Both the position numbers and the translations under genes were made by a program. Below are positions 11,816 to 23,400 of a stretch of 49,015 nt of DNA, piece after piece. The notes beneath the pieces are model-generated. The model worked only from the letters and a program-made list of their open reading frames with translations, was not told the origin of the DNA and searched no databases. Positions within the stretch are counted from its first letter, which is position 1; each line of letters opens with the position of its first letter. This DNA is from Halocafeteria seosinensis (lineage: Eukaryota). The stretch is from NCBI GenBank assembly GCA_001687465.1, contig LVLI01000184.1, forward strand, positions 1-49,015, in the 5' to 3' direction.

Positions 11816-13015
11816 AGCACCACGATGAGACTATTGACCAACTCAATCGCAAGACAACCCAACTACTGGCTTCGCAGCCTCAACCCGGAGGTGAACAAAA
11901 GGCCACTGGAAGAGTTCAACCAGGATATGGCCGACATGGTGCGCAAAGCGCTGAAATGGCAAGATGAGCTCCCCGCCCACACCATTACACAAGCCAAGCT
12001 GTCCTCGAAGCCAGGAGGACTGGGAATAGTCATCCCAGACCACGCAGCAGAAGCATCGCATATCGCCGGGGCGATCGACGCGTCAAAAACGATCCAACAA
12101 GTGGCTGGAGACGAGCAGGACCCGCTCGTGCAATATCGCAAGAAGCCGGCGCCATGGCTCGCGGAGGGTCAGAACGCGCTACAGGAAACGATTGGAATCC
12201 CGGATGCGAACTACAAAGGCTACTGGAACAAACCGAGACTACAAAAACACCTGAGCAAGATGTTGCAGAGAGTAGCTACACGGACTCTGGCAGAAAGCGT
12301 TACTGACAGCATGCCAAGCAGACGGAGCAGCATGGCTATACACAGCACCAACGAAAGGATTTACACTAACCGACGCCGAGTACATGGTAGCACTGCGCCT
12401 ACGCCTAGGGCTCCCCCAAACTAACCTGTTTACGGGGCCATCCGGTGAATGCTGTGAAGGACTGATCGATGAGCTGCTGCCCCACGCACTGGGGTGCGGC
12501 AAAGAAGGGAACGCCACGCAAAGGATCCGCCGTCATGACGGGATAGCGGTGGAACTGGAGAACTACATTCACATGAGTCAAATGCCAGTGGAGAGAGAGG
12601 TGCTCGTAGACCCGCGAAACGAAGGAAAGGCGAGGCCAGTAATGGACCTGGTAGCAAAGGGCCCAACGAGCACACTGTATGTCGATGTGACAGTGCCAAA
12701 CCCGCTCATGGGAGACACACTAGTCAGGACAGCGGGAAGACCCCTCACCATCGCGGAAGAAGCATAGAAGATGAAGCGGACAAAATACGGACACCTGAGG
12801 GACCACCACACGGAAATTATGGCGTTCGCTATAGATTCGACGGGCGGCTTCGGGGAAGACGCGATCAAGTTCTTCAAGAGAATTGCCAGGAAAGCACCGG
12901 GCTCCCGCTGGGGAACATGGGAGATGCGGAACTTCCGCAAGCTGATACGTTGATGCGCCACAACGTGAAGATGTTGGACCGGTTCCAGGTAGGGTTCACC
13001 CCTCACACGGCGTAG
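11800..13015 (+). pseudogene. RT thumb, CCHC knuckle and restriction-like endonuclease of the CRE-like element
   Basis: ORF pieces 11729-12424, 12384-12767 and 12771-12953, plus a tail ending TAG at 13013-13015. The TAG at 12765-12767 interrupts AEEA*KMKRTKY. Confidence 0.85.
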
Positions 13016-13045
13016 CGTGGCCTGTAGCAGACACGTCTTCCGGTA

Positions 13046-13070
13046 GGAGCAATACCAATACACACTTGTA
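13046..13070 (+). repeat. Right copy of 25-bp direct repeat (candidate TSD)
   Basis: GGAGCAATACCAATACACACTTGTA, 30 nt after the retroelement stop codon. Confidence 0.8.
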
Positions 13071-14467
13071 AGATGGAAAGACAATTTGGCGAGAGAATAC
13101 ATGAAATGCTTTCTCCCACGGTAGCTGTTCCGATTCCCGGGGTTGTTGCTCCGAGGTTCATGTTCGAACTCTCGATCCTCCCGCTTATTTCTCCAGAGAC
13201 TCTGGACATGGACAGTCCAGTAAAGCTGGTACATATCCAAAGCGCTGTGGGACTCCACACTTCAGCACTGGTGATTGTCTTGCCCCGCGTTTCCTCTTTG
13301 TCTAGGTCCTAGCATGCTTGGACTTAAACTTATTAAACTCTTTCGTTCGTTTCCTGAGAAAATAACAACTGCCTCCCAACATGGTTCCAGAGGCCTCCTC
13401 TTCATGCAATGCTACTTGTACACGGAAGCCAACGGTATGACTGCACTGGGCAAGTCCAGAGAGACCCTAAGGAGAAACGAACAGCGTGGGACCTTGCAAG
13501 TCTAAATGAGGTACGGTTAGGCCAGTGTGCGTCCAACCATTGCAAAGCGTGTATTAATGGGACAAGGGGTAGTGGACACCCGCTTGTATGCCGGACCAGC
13601 AAGTATGGTCCGCCGCAGGTATACACTGCCTTCCACAGCTCTTCTTCCGGTAGGATAAATACATACGCAGGGAAACCATTGTATTAGCCAGTCCGTAGCA
13701 GTGTTCTCTCCGCAGTGCTCAGGATGCTGGAGTTTGGTGCCATATAAAATAGATAAAATTCTCGGAGATCAGCAGGTGTTTCGCACCTGGTTTCCGATAC
13801 TCTTTCCACTAAGCAAGTTGAAACGAAATAGCGAAAATTAATCTCCCCATCCTCTAAGTATCCAATTATACCAAAGGGAGGCGTCATCGATCTGAGAAAT
13901 GAGCTGGAAGCGTGGTGGGCGGAGGGCATGGTATGTCAAGAGATATCGTACATGCAGGAGACGGTGACATGCATAGAAATCCCGGGTTTTCGTTATCAAT
14001 TCTATGGGCGCTGTTACCGTTAAGACTCCGTAACACTACACTGCATTCAAACCCCTGACAGAGTGAAGGCACCACTACTGTGGACGTCCACATCCTTTTT
14101 TCAAAGGTACGGAGTGCCAGAAGGAATTCAAACTTTTCGATTAAAAAGGCGAACTGGCTACGCAAAACCACGCAACCAATCGTTGTGTACACGAATGCAA
14201 GTTATCGAGGAGGCATTTAAGACTCGAATAAGAGGTACTACGTCTCCTTTGGAACTCAAGGTGCTTCGACTATCAGTGTACACCATTGTGGCAGAGCGAG
14301 CTACGAGATACGTAACAAACAATGGTGTCCAGAAAGTTCACCAAATAAGCGAACAATAATGCTATGTTATAAGGAAGTAAGATAGTTCAAAACACTTAGT
14401 CTTGCGCGTACAATTCTTTATAGTACACAGTACCAGAAGGGTTCGTATTACCAAGAGCTTTCCAACC

Positions 14468-17400
14468 TCAGTCCTCCTCGTCTTCCTGGGAGGTGCCGCT
14501 TTCGCCTGCACCATTTCTCGGAGACCAGTCCAACACGCTGTCATAGCTTTCATAGGCAGTTCTGTTCATAATACCCGGTAGGTCATCTTCTGGGGCATGC
14601 TGGCGGTTGCGTAACGCGTCCTGTCCACTTCCTAACCCACGATCTTGATACCATGAGCCTCCCGGGTTCTGGCCATCAGTCGGTCTTATTACGCGTCGAG
14701 TTGTTGCCATAGAAAGCACACTGTCGTAGCTCTCGTATGCACCATCGTTACGAAAGGCTGAAGGGTCATGTCCACTGGGTTGTTCTTCTCGCGTTACGTC
14801 TGACGCCTCATCAGACCGAAGAGATCCGGATAATATTTCTCCTCGATCTGTGGAAGGGGCGTTGTCGTCATCTTCTCCCTCTGTCGCCTCCTCATTTAAT
14901 GCCGTACCGTATCCAGTGTCCTCATCTATCATCACAGTATCATCAATAAATCGGGATGCCTGTGATGAACCACTCCTGAACTGGTGGATGCGTTTTTCTC
15001 GTTCGGCACGTTCCTTTTCTCTATATTTGTAGACAGCAAAGCCGGCAAGGACGAACACCAACGCAAATAGTGCAACGGTGGTCACAGCAACAGTAGACGA
15101 CGCAACAGTGCTTCCCTGTCGAGCACTCTGAGACGCATCGCTATCACTCCCCGGAAATCCTTGTGAAGAAACAGCTAAGACGGTGACGTGGGAAGTGTCA
15201 TTGACGAAGTGTGAAAGCTGAAGTGCTATGGGCAGGTTTGTAACCAGCTGATCCTTCACTTCTGACCTAGCCATGTCTCCTGTTAATTCACCCTGCTTAT
15301 TCTCTTCGAGCCGTCTTCCCGCCTCCTCGACACCAGAATGCAATAGTTTCACATGCACAACCCGGCCATGATCTCCGCGTGTTTCATCAATGCGGTTGAA
15401 GAATAGACTTGCTAAGGATAGCCGAGAGCTGGCGCCTGCAACTGCTTCCAAGAATTCTGTCAACCGAGGGAATTTGAAGTCAGATACTCTTGAGAAGCGA
15501 AGCGACAGGTCGATTTCAATATATTGGTCTTGACCTAGACTGTCGGGCATCGAGAAGTTCCCAAGAGGCCAATCTTGAAGGTCAAGCACAGGCCAGAGTG
15601 TAACGTTTTTATTAAAGTTATAGAATTGATCGAACAGTCGGCCCTGCTCGGCAAAGAGAGAAATCATTTTCCCGGAGTGCTTGCCGGTTAGTGTTACTGC
15701 CGCGCTATATTCTTTTCGGAACGTGTTCGAGGTATCGCTCGGCACAGCAATACTGTCGATGATGATCGCATCTGTGCAGAGAGTGACATTACCACAAGCA
15801 TGTTCCTGGAAGTCCAGTACGGAGTCATTTCTGAATGCAAACGGTTCGCTTCCAACAAGCAGAACTTCAGAGGTGGGGAGCCCGATGGATAACAGTTTAG
15901 TCGACAATTGCGGAGGCAGTACGTCTCTTACAAACGAGAAAGTATGCTTGTTTGTTAGATAATTTCCTGCATTATCCGCGAACAAACCAGGGAGCAATTC
16001 AAGCGTGACCGTGTCCTCCAGTGTCATCGACACATCAACATTCATGTGAAACTTGCTCCCGCCTGGTTGTCTGCCCCAAAGTTTGGAAATAACTGTTTCC
16101 TCGCCGGTAAAATTACCGCCGTCGACAAAAAACAGAGTACGCCCTTCGACCCGCGCAATTTCGCGTATCCATGACACTCGTGCATTGCTGGCCCGTAGTT
16201 GCCCACCAGTGTTGGTATCATGAGATAGCTGTCTGCCAGGGAGGGAAACCTCTTCAGAGAGAGACACCACCTGATCGAACGCGAGAATGAACTCTATTTG
16301 AGGCTCCTTCCAGACTCTTCGAGGTTCGATGGGCGATATGATTACCATTTCAGGGTGAGTCATGTCAAACCATGCAGAAGTGCTAATATCGTTCGTCAAT
16401 ATTACTCCCCGGCTATCAGTAACCGAGAACGCTGGCAGGGTTACACTCACCAAACCAGTACAAAGATGCTCTAGTTTGACGAGCCACATATTTTCCTCCG
16501 TTATGTCAACCGGGGCCACCGTCCTAACGCGCGGTGTAGTGGAGCATGTTTCGTTTATCGACACTGTAAAGTCGTCCGGCTGCAAATTTACTAGAGGGTA
16601 ATTGGCCCGCAGTACGAACGTCAGTGGATCAGAATTAGAGGGACTTTGAGCTGAAGTAGACGCAGCATACAAACTAGCGCGAAGCGGCAGTAATGAAGCG
16701 CTGCTGGAGGGAGTAACCGTAGCAGAGGGACTGGCAGATGAAGTTACAGACGGAGTAGGAGTTATATCCCCGATAAATTTCGATACAAGCACATCCGAAT
16801 AGTCATGAGTTTTGCTTGCCACAAAACGATCCATGGTCAGAGTTGCGTCTTCATAACACCCAGGGAGAATTCGAGCAGAAAATGAATACGTCATATTGGG
16901 TCGAATTTCACTCCAAGTGTCACTGAACAACTCCATGCATAGTGTAGTAAAATTGGCCGTGTCCAGTTGTCCAGCATTCTCAGCTTCGCGATTGAAAGAA
17001 GCTACAACCATAAATTTGGAGGATCCGACAACACCATCATGAGACTTCGGCATATTCGTTGCTATCAGTGACAAAATGACACTGGGTCCTGGTGTACGCG
17101 TAAAACTTGGTGTCGGAGTAAAGGTTGGGGTCACTGTTGATGTACCAGAGGGAGATGTTCCAACAGTAGCAGTTGGGGTAATTGACGGAGAAACCGTGGG
17201 GGTGGGTGTTGGCTCCACGCAACGGTTTGCGAGACAGTTCTCACTTTTACAGTCTCCATCAAACAGACACTCTTTTCCAATCGGGCATGGGCCGCAGAAC
17301 ATGCCACCGCAATCAACATCGGTTTCATTTCGGTCTTCAACTGCATTAAAGCAGCTGTAAGGATATGTACAGGTCAGTGCATAGGGATCACAATTGCCAC

Positions 17401-20400
17401 TAATACAGCTTTCGTCGAACAAGCAAGGTATACCAAGTCCAACACGGCAACGTGATTTTATACACGAACCGTTAAAGGCACAGTCTCGGTCGAGAACACA
17501 ATAGTCTCGTGGTGCACACTGTTCCGGGCAAAGAAGTCCGCCGCAGTCTTTATCAGTTTCGAACCCCACATTATGCACACCGTCGGTACAGCTCGGACTT
17601 GCACAAGAACCGTTTCGACAGACACCGGATATACAAAACGTATTCCCCAAACACGACATGCCTTCGTCCGGAACGAAGGCTGGGTCGAGCCCCAATAGCG
17701 TATTTGTGCGGTTAATATATATGGCCGATGCATCAACAAGTCTGTCCCATTCGCTTCTCAGAGCTTCTACTGTCGTTTCATTTTCGAAAAATTCGCACGA
17801 ACCATCGTCGGCAAACGCCTTGTCGTCGAAATTCTGCAGGGACAATTGCAACCATACATACAGAACTGTGGGGAGCTTGAGCATAAGGGGTTTACTTACC
17901 TTCGCCATTAGATAGGTACAGCCAGTCTCCAAGCTGTTGCACGTACCGTCGCTGATGGTGGCTGTAGGGTTATAGTTGAGAGATGCAGGGCAAGTGCATC
18001 CTGATACGTGACTCGAGGCGAGTATACATGTCCCATCGTTAACCCGTGCTTCCGGATCATAGTTGACGGCAATGGGATAGGTACATCCCTTAGGTACACG
18101 AAACCCGCATGACTGATCATTGACAGTAGCAATAGGGTTGAAGTTAACTGCTGCTCTCTCGGTACAACCGAAAATGTCTCCCTGGAATGTGGCATCATCG
18201 CAGAGAATCAAATTCTGGACTCCGTCTATTCTCCCTTTACTGACAACATCTACATGGCAGATAAATGTAGTGTTTGGCAGACTCAGGGTTGCATTAGACT
18301 GGACATCGATATTCGTATTGTTAAGTGTACCTTCCACCGTCTGCAAACTGCTTTGGTAGACAACGGTTCGCTCGGTGGGTCCATCTATCCGTGCAATTGC
18401 TGATGAATTCTCAGATAGCTTCCTCTGATCACCCTCAAAAATTGCTGTTAGAGCCCTCCCCAAGATTAGCAACCCTGTAGTATCTCCTTCGATGGCACCA
18501 AGGGTCAAAACGACTTGCTTGTCCTGTAAAGGATCGGGCACAACCCGTACAGCAGCTCCAGAAAATATCTGCACCTCGTCGATTCTCCACACGACCTGGT
18601 CTACACTAAGCTCTAGGATCGTTTCCTCTTCAGGCCGCTGCCCACTCCGTGATGCTACTGTTACAGCTCTCCACGGAGCCACGCTACTCATATGAATTTC
18701 TTTGTAGATCGTCCCAGGTCCGCTATCGGAGTAGCCACTGATCCCACCAGCAAACGTTGATACGTTGCCTTCGAAATGGTACTGGGTTGAAATGAGCGCA
18801 ATTCGACCACCAGAACCAGAGCCACTCACGCCAGCCACTCCATCACCCCCATTTGCAGATATTGTTCCTGAACCTTTAATGTTATCTACTTCAATCAACA
18901 GCGATCCTCCAGCACCACCACCTATATGTCCGTTTTCATATCCACTTTGACCGTCGGAACGAAGATACCCATCTACTTCTATCATTGACCCATTCTTACC
19001 GAAAACGCTGATGGCGGCACCTCCGCGACCATTGTGTATCGTAGCGTTCGAGCCACTACCTCCCGGTGTAGTCGGGCGAAACGCGTTACCGAAAGGAATT
19101 GCCTCGCCATGACCTCCCTTTGCAGCATGAGTACCCCCAGAGATAACGATGCTGTTTCCGGAAGTTACACCTCCCCCAGAACCACTCAATTCGCCGCCTC
19201 TGGCGATAACTACACTCTCGGCCACCACAAATTGAGTCATCAAGGAGGAAGGCTCGTGCATCACGTTCACACGAGCCTCTTCACCAATGTACAGAGTATT
19301 CAGCTCCAGAGTATCGACTCCCAACAAGTTGACTGTACCCTCCCATAAGCATTGCAAAGTTTCTAAACGGTACCGGGACTTTTGGTTCGTATTAGTGCCT
19401 TTAGAATCCAATACAAGCTTAGCCTGGGAGGAGACTCTTATAGTATCTACCCCCAACAGGGAACCCCGGATATTTAGCGAACCGTTGAGTACAGCTAGGT
19501 AAGGCGAAGAAATCAGTTGAGCTGTCTCACCAACGACAAGTGAAACACCGCTGATGAGCGAGTTCGATAATCTATAGCGTCTTGCTACCTCGTACACGTT
19601 ACTTCCCTGGTCGCTCTTGATGAAGTCAACAATCTCTTCGGAAGATGGGAACGCTATGTAGGGCTGCTCTCCCAAGGAAAGTCGGGTGCCATTCTCCACG
19701 CTAATGCTCCCGGAGGTATCACCAGAAAACTTTTGCACAAAAACCGAATACGGAGGTTCAGCAGTTAGGAGCGCATGTGCGTTTCCAGTAACAATAAACT
19801 GCTCAATCATAATAGAGGAGACAATATCGATCCCCGTTGTAACGGACGACAGTACACCATTGTTACTGACAAGTAGACGCACAGACTCGTTACCAGAAGG
19901 ATAGTTCCCTCGTAAAACAATCGTCCCTGCAGCACCAGCACAGTGTCCTCGGCCACCGAAGGCAGTGAATTCCAACGAGTCACCTCCGTGCCCAAAATAT
20001 GCAGCGATACGACCACCACCACCCCCTCCTGCTTTCCAGCTAAAGGCTGGACTTGAAGCTGCACTGCCTCCATTGACGGATACGAGACCAGTTCCTTCGA
20101 TTGCGCCTGCGACAACAAGTAGCACACTTCCACCGCTGGATCCACCACCGTTACTACGTCCGTCAGCCCCATTCGCGGATATACTCCCCTGAAGAAAGAG
20201 GGTCGAGAAACTATCCATACTGCCTACGAACAACGACAAATGGCCGCCACTAGCATGTCTGCAAGAGTTCGCTCCACAGTTACCGGCTTCCTGGGGCCAT
20301 AGCACATTTCCAAAGGAGCGGGACACACTACAACCCCCTTGTCCCCCATACGTTCCTCCCTGAGCAATGTTACCACCGTGTAGGTGGGCACATAAGTGTT

Positions 20401-23400
20401 GACATGATTCACTTGGCGAGCTATGCTGGCCACTCCACTCAAGCCTCGCCGACGGCTCCACAGTTGATCTTTGTTTCAGCTTCAGAGTGCTCGTCGGGGG
20501 AGCAAGCGTGCCGGCGCCACGGAGAACAGCCTGATCATGGAGCTGAAGTGAAAGGGCTGATAGTGCAGTGGTTTCCCACAACACTAACTCAGAGTGTCCT
20601 TGGCAACTGATTGCATCGTTTACAACGATTTCTTGACTGGAACTGGATAGGCGAACGTGAAGTTCTACAGCATCGTGCAGGAGGATTTTCTGAAGCGTTA
20701 CCTTGGTATGCCTGTTAGGTAGGTGACTAGCACTCAAAAGAGCAGTTGACTTTCCACTTAAGAAGATGACGTCTTGTCTTTCAGAAGTAGCTGGTGAAAG
20801 AATCCACGTCGCAGGCAAGGAGGTCGGCACCCGGTACGGATATTGAGGGCGGAAATTCGATTCCACATGAACTAAACTGGTAAGATTCGCGTTATTCATT
20901 GTGACATCGGGCAACATATTACCAAAAACCCCTTGCGATGACGAGTAATATACCGTTCCCGAAGCTCCTTGGGTATCCTTGGAGACACTCCCTCCCTCAG
21001 CTGTTATAAGGCCGGTAAATTGATGCATATCCTCAACAAGCATAGCAATACGCCCCCCGGAGCCACCACCACTTTCATATACTCCGCTACTTGCGCCGCT
21101 TCCACCTTGAGATTCTACGCGTCCGCTACCAGATAAACGGAGAGCACGAACAACTATACTGCCACCACTTCCACCACCGCTGGCGACAGAGTCATTCAAG
21201 GCTTGCCCGTCTTGTCCATTGACGCTAATTCTTCCCAGTAAGACGATGGTGGAACCGTTTCCGTCGCTCGAGATAACGACTGAGCCACCTCCATTGCCAC
21301 CGACAGGTGATGTGGCGTTGGGAAAGATAGCCCCACCACTACCAGCAACAGAAGGCCACCAGTAGTTACCACACGGCTGCCCGCTTTCGAGCCCGCCTTT
21401 GCCACCATAGCTGCCGCCAGGACAGGCTTTCCCAGACGTACATGTTGAAGGAGAGCAGCCAATGTGCGCAGGGGCATCCCCAGACCCATATCCCTCAAAA
21501 TCAGCGTTAAGCGACGCAAGGGAATCAATGAAAACACCCTCGTTAACGAAGAGCTCACTGACCCCATCAATAGGCGTTTGCAGGTGCAAGACTGAACGGT
21601 CATGTATCGTTAAAGCATTCACTGAGACCTTCTCTATCTCACGCTCAACGTTTATTTGCCCTTCATCGAAAAGAGCAATATCCGAATGCATGACGATAGA
21701 TGATAGCATTGTCAGCGATCCTCCAGACGAACGGAAACTTAGTTTTCCTTCGTCCTCAACAACAATCGCTCCCATCGGCTGACTACTGTCAACAAAGGCA
21801 ACAGCACTGGCGTCCGCCTGAATATGAACCAAGTCTACACCAAGAGTCGATAAATCCACGTTGATCCACGTTTCGGGGGTCGCCGCGGAGCATTTACCAC
21901 GGCCGCTGTCATTACTATGTAACAGAGTTCCAGAAACGTGTATGTACCGCAATGAGGACGAGGCGAAGTTGACTCTTCGCCCAATCATTCGCCTGAGGAA
22001 ACCAGGCTGCGGGGTTACAAACTCGAAGAATATTGTGCCAGAAGCGCCAGGAGGGCAGGACCCACCGCCATGAGCAGTGAGCACTCCCTCGAATGCTTCG
22101 ATGTTCGCTGCAAAAATAGCAATTCGACCACCTGAGCCACCGCCGTAAGGCAACTTCGATCCACCATTGGCCATAATGTGTCCCCACCCGGTAAGCTCTT
22201 CAACGCGTAATTGGAGGCTACCGCCAGCTGCTGCCCCATAGTCTTGAGTTGCTGAGGCGTTCTCGCCATTGACGGAAATAGTTCCATTCACCTGCAGCGC
22301 AACACCCATGCCGCCGAATGATGATATGGACAGAGCAATACCACCCAGGGGTATATTGCGGTCCTCAGAGGATTGAGGAGAGCCGGGACTATGAGGAGAA
22401 GCATAATTCCCACAAGGATGCTCAGAAAAGGCTCCTCCTCCAAGCCCTGCATGAGTGCCACCAGTTGCTTGAGGTGTCAAAGAGCAATTGCTGTTTGCAA
22501 AAACGACTCCATTCATGTAAGATCCTCCAGAGCCATCTATTGTCGCACCCTGAGCGACGAAAATATTCCGTGCAACCAGGGAGAAAACAGATTGGGATAC
22601 TTTGTCAAAGTTCATTGAGGTAAAATCCTGTAGCTCGAGTTGATCCACCGAGATACATGAGCTTCTTCGCATTGAAAGGCTGGAGTGGTGTTGCATCGCA
22701 AGTATTTCAATGAATTTCGTCTCACAGAATTGAGCAGAGGACGACCAAACCAGGTGCGACAAGTCACTCACAGATACATTGCCAAACACTTCTCCCTCGT
22801 TCGAGTGCTCAATGAGGACATGTGCCACACCACTAATCGCAACATTAACCGAAAGATTCCTAGGCGGCGCGGGAACCAAAGTGAAACTCTGAGTGCTTTC
22901 ATTGCACCAGACAGTTAACTGCCCCAATTTGCGTTCTTTCACGAAGACAGTACCAGGAGCACCACTCGGATAACCTGAACCCCCGCTAGCATCGAACGAA
23001 CTGAGCGGTAGAGTATTCAAGCCATATACGGCAACTCGCCCCCCACCGCCTCCACCGCTGTTGTCTCCGCTCCCTCCTCCTACAGACAGCGACCCTCTAC
23101 CGCTAATTTGTCCGGTCTCCAGCCAGATACTGCCACCAGCCCCACCGCCAATACTTCGGTCTGATGAGGATTCGCCTGCACAGTCTATACGGCCGTCCAA
23201 ATGAATTGCATGGGCACTCATTCTTAACGAAGCTCCACCCCGACCGCCATGTATTGCAGACGCGTTTGCGGCAGGTTCACCTTGCAGTACCGGAAGGTAA
23301 GAGGAACCGCAAGCTATGCTACTGCCACCACCAGCTCCACCATGGCTTCCTCCAACTCCTAGATCGATACTATCAATCCGTTTGCTACAGCAGCTGTGTT

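Larger units (their letters stand above)
10300..13045 (+). mobile_element. Degenerate CRE-like (RLE-encoding) non-LTR retrotransposon
   Basis: RT N-terminal motifs LIALDKPNSKIRPMAIDETLFRL, HQFSIGTEGGQEAI and MDLSNAYNTVSR; thumb QAKLSSKPGGLGI; zinc knuckle C..C..D...HALGC followed by RRHD; endonuclease RP.MDL..LYVDVTV and AEE.K..KY; C-terminal FAIDSTGGFGEDA..F and LMRHNVKML. It carries several stops and frameshifts, and the 5' boundary is uncertain. Confidence 0.85.

Noticed and set aside
10430..13015. Diversity-generating retroelement or retron acting on the giant repeat genes
   Set aside because: The RT motifs and RLE are of non-LTR retrotransposon type, the RT is broken, and I saw no template/variable repeat pair differing at adenines.
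13036..13655. 13-bp match TCTTCCGGTAGGA at 13036 and 13643
   Set aside because: Too short, with no extension; compatible with chance.
13841..14359. Plus-strand frame of ~170 codons with one stop
   Set aside because: No recognisable motif, start context or splice support.
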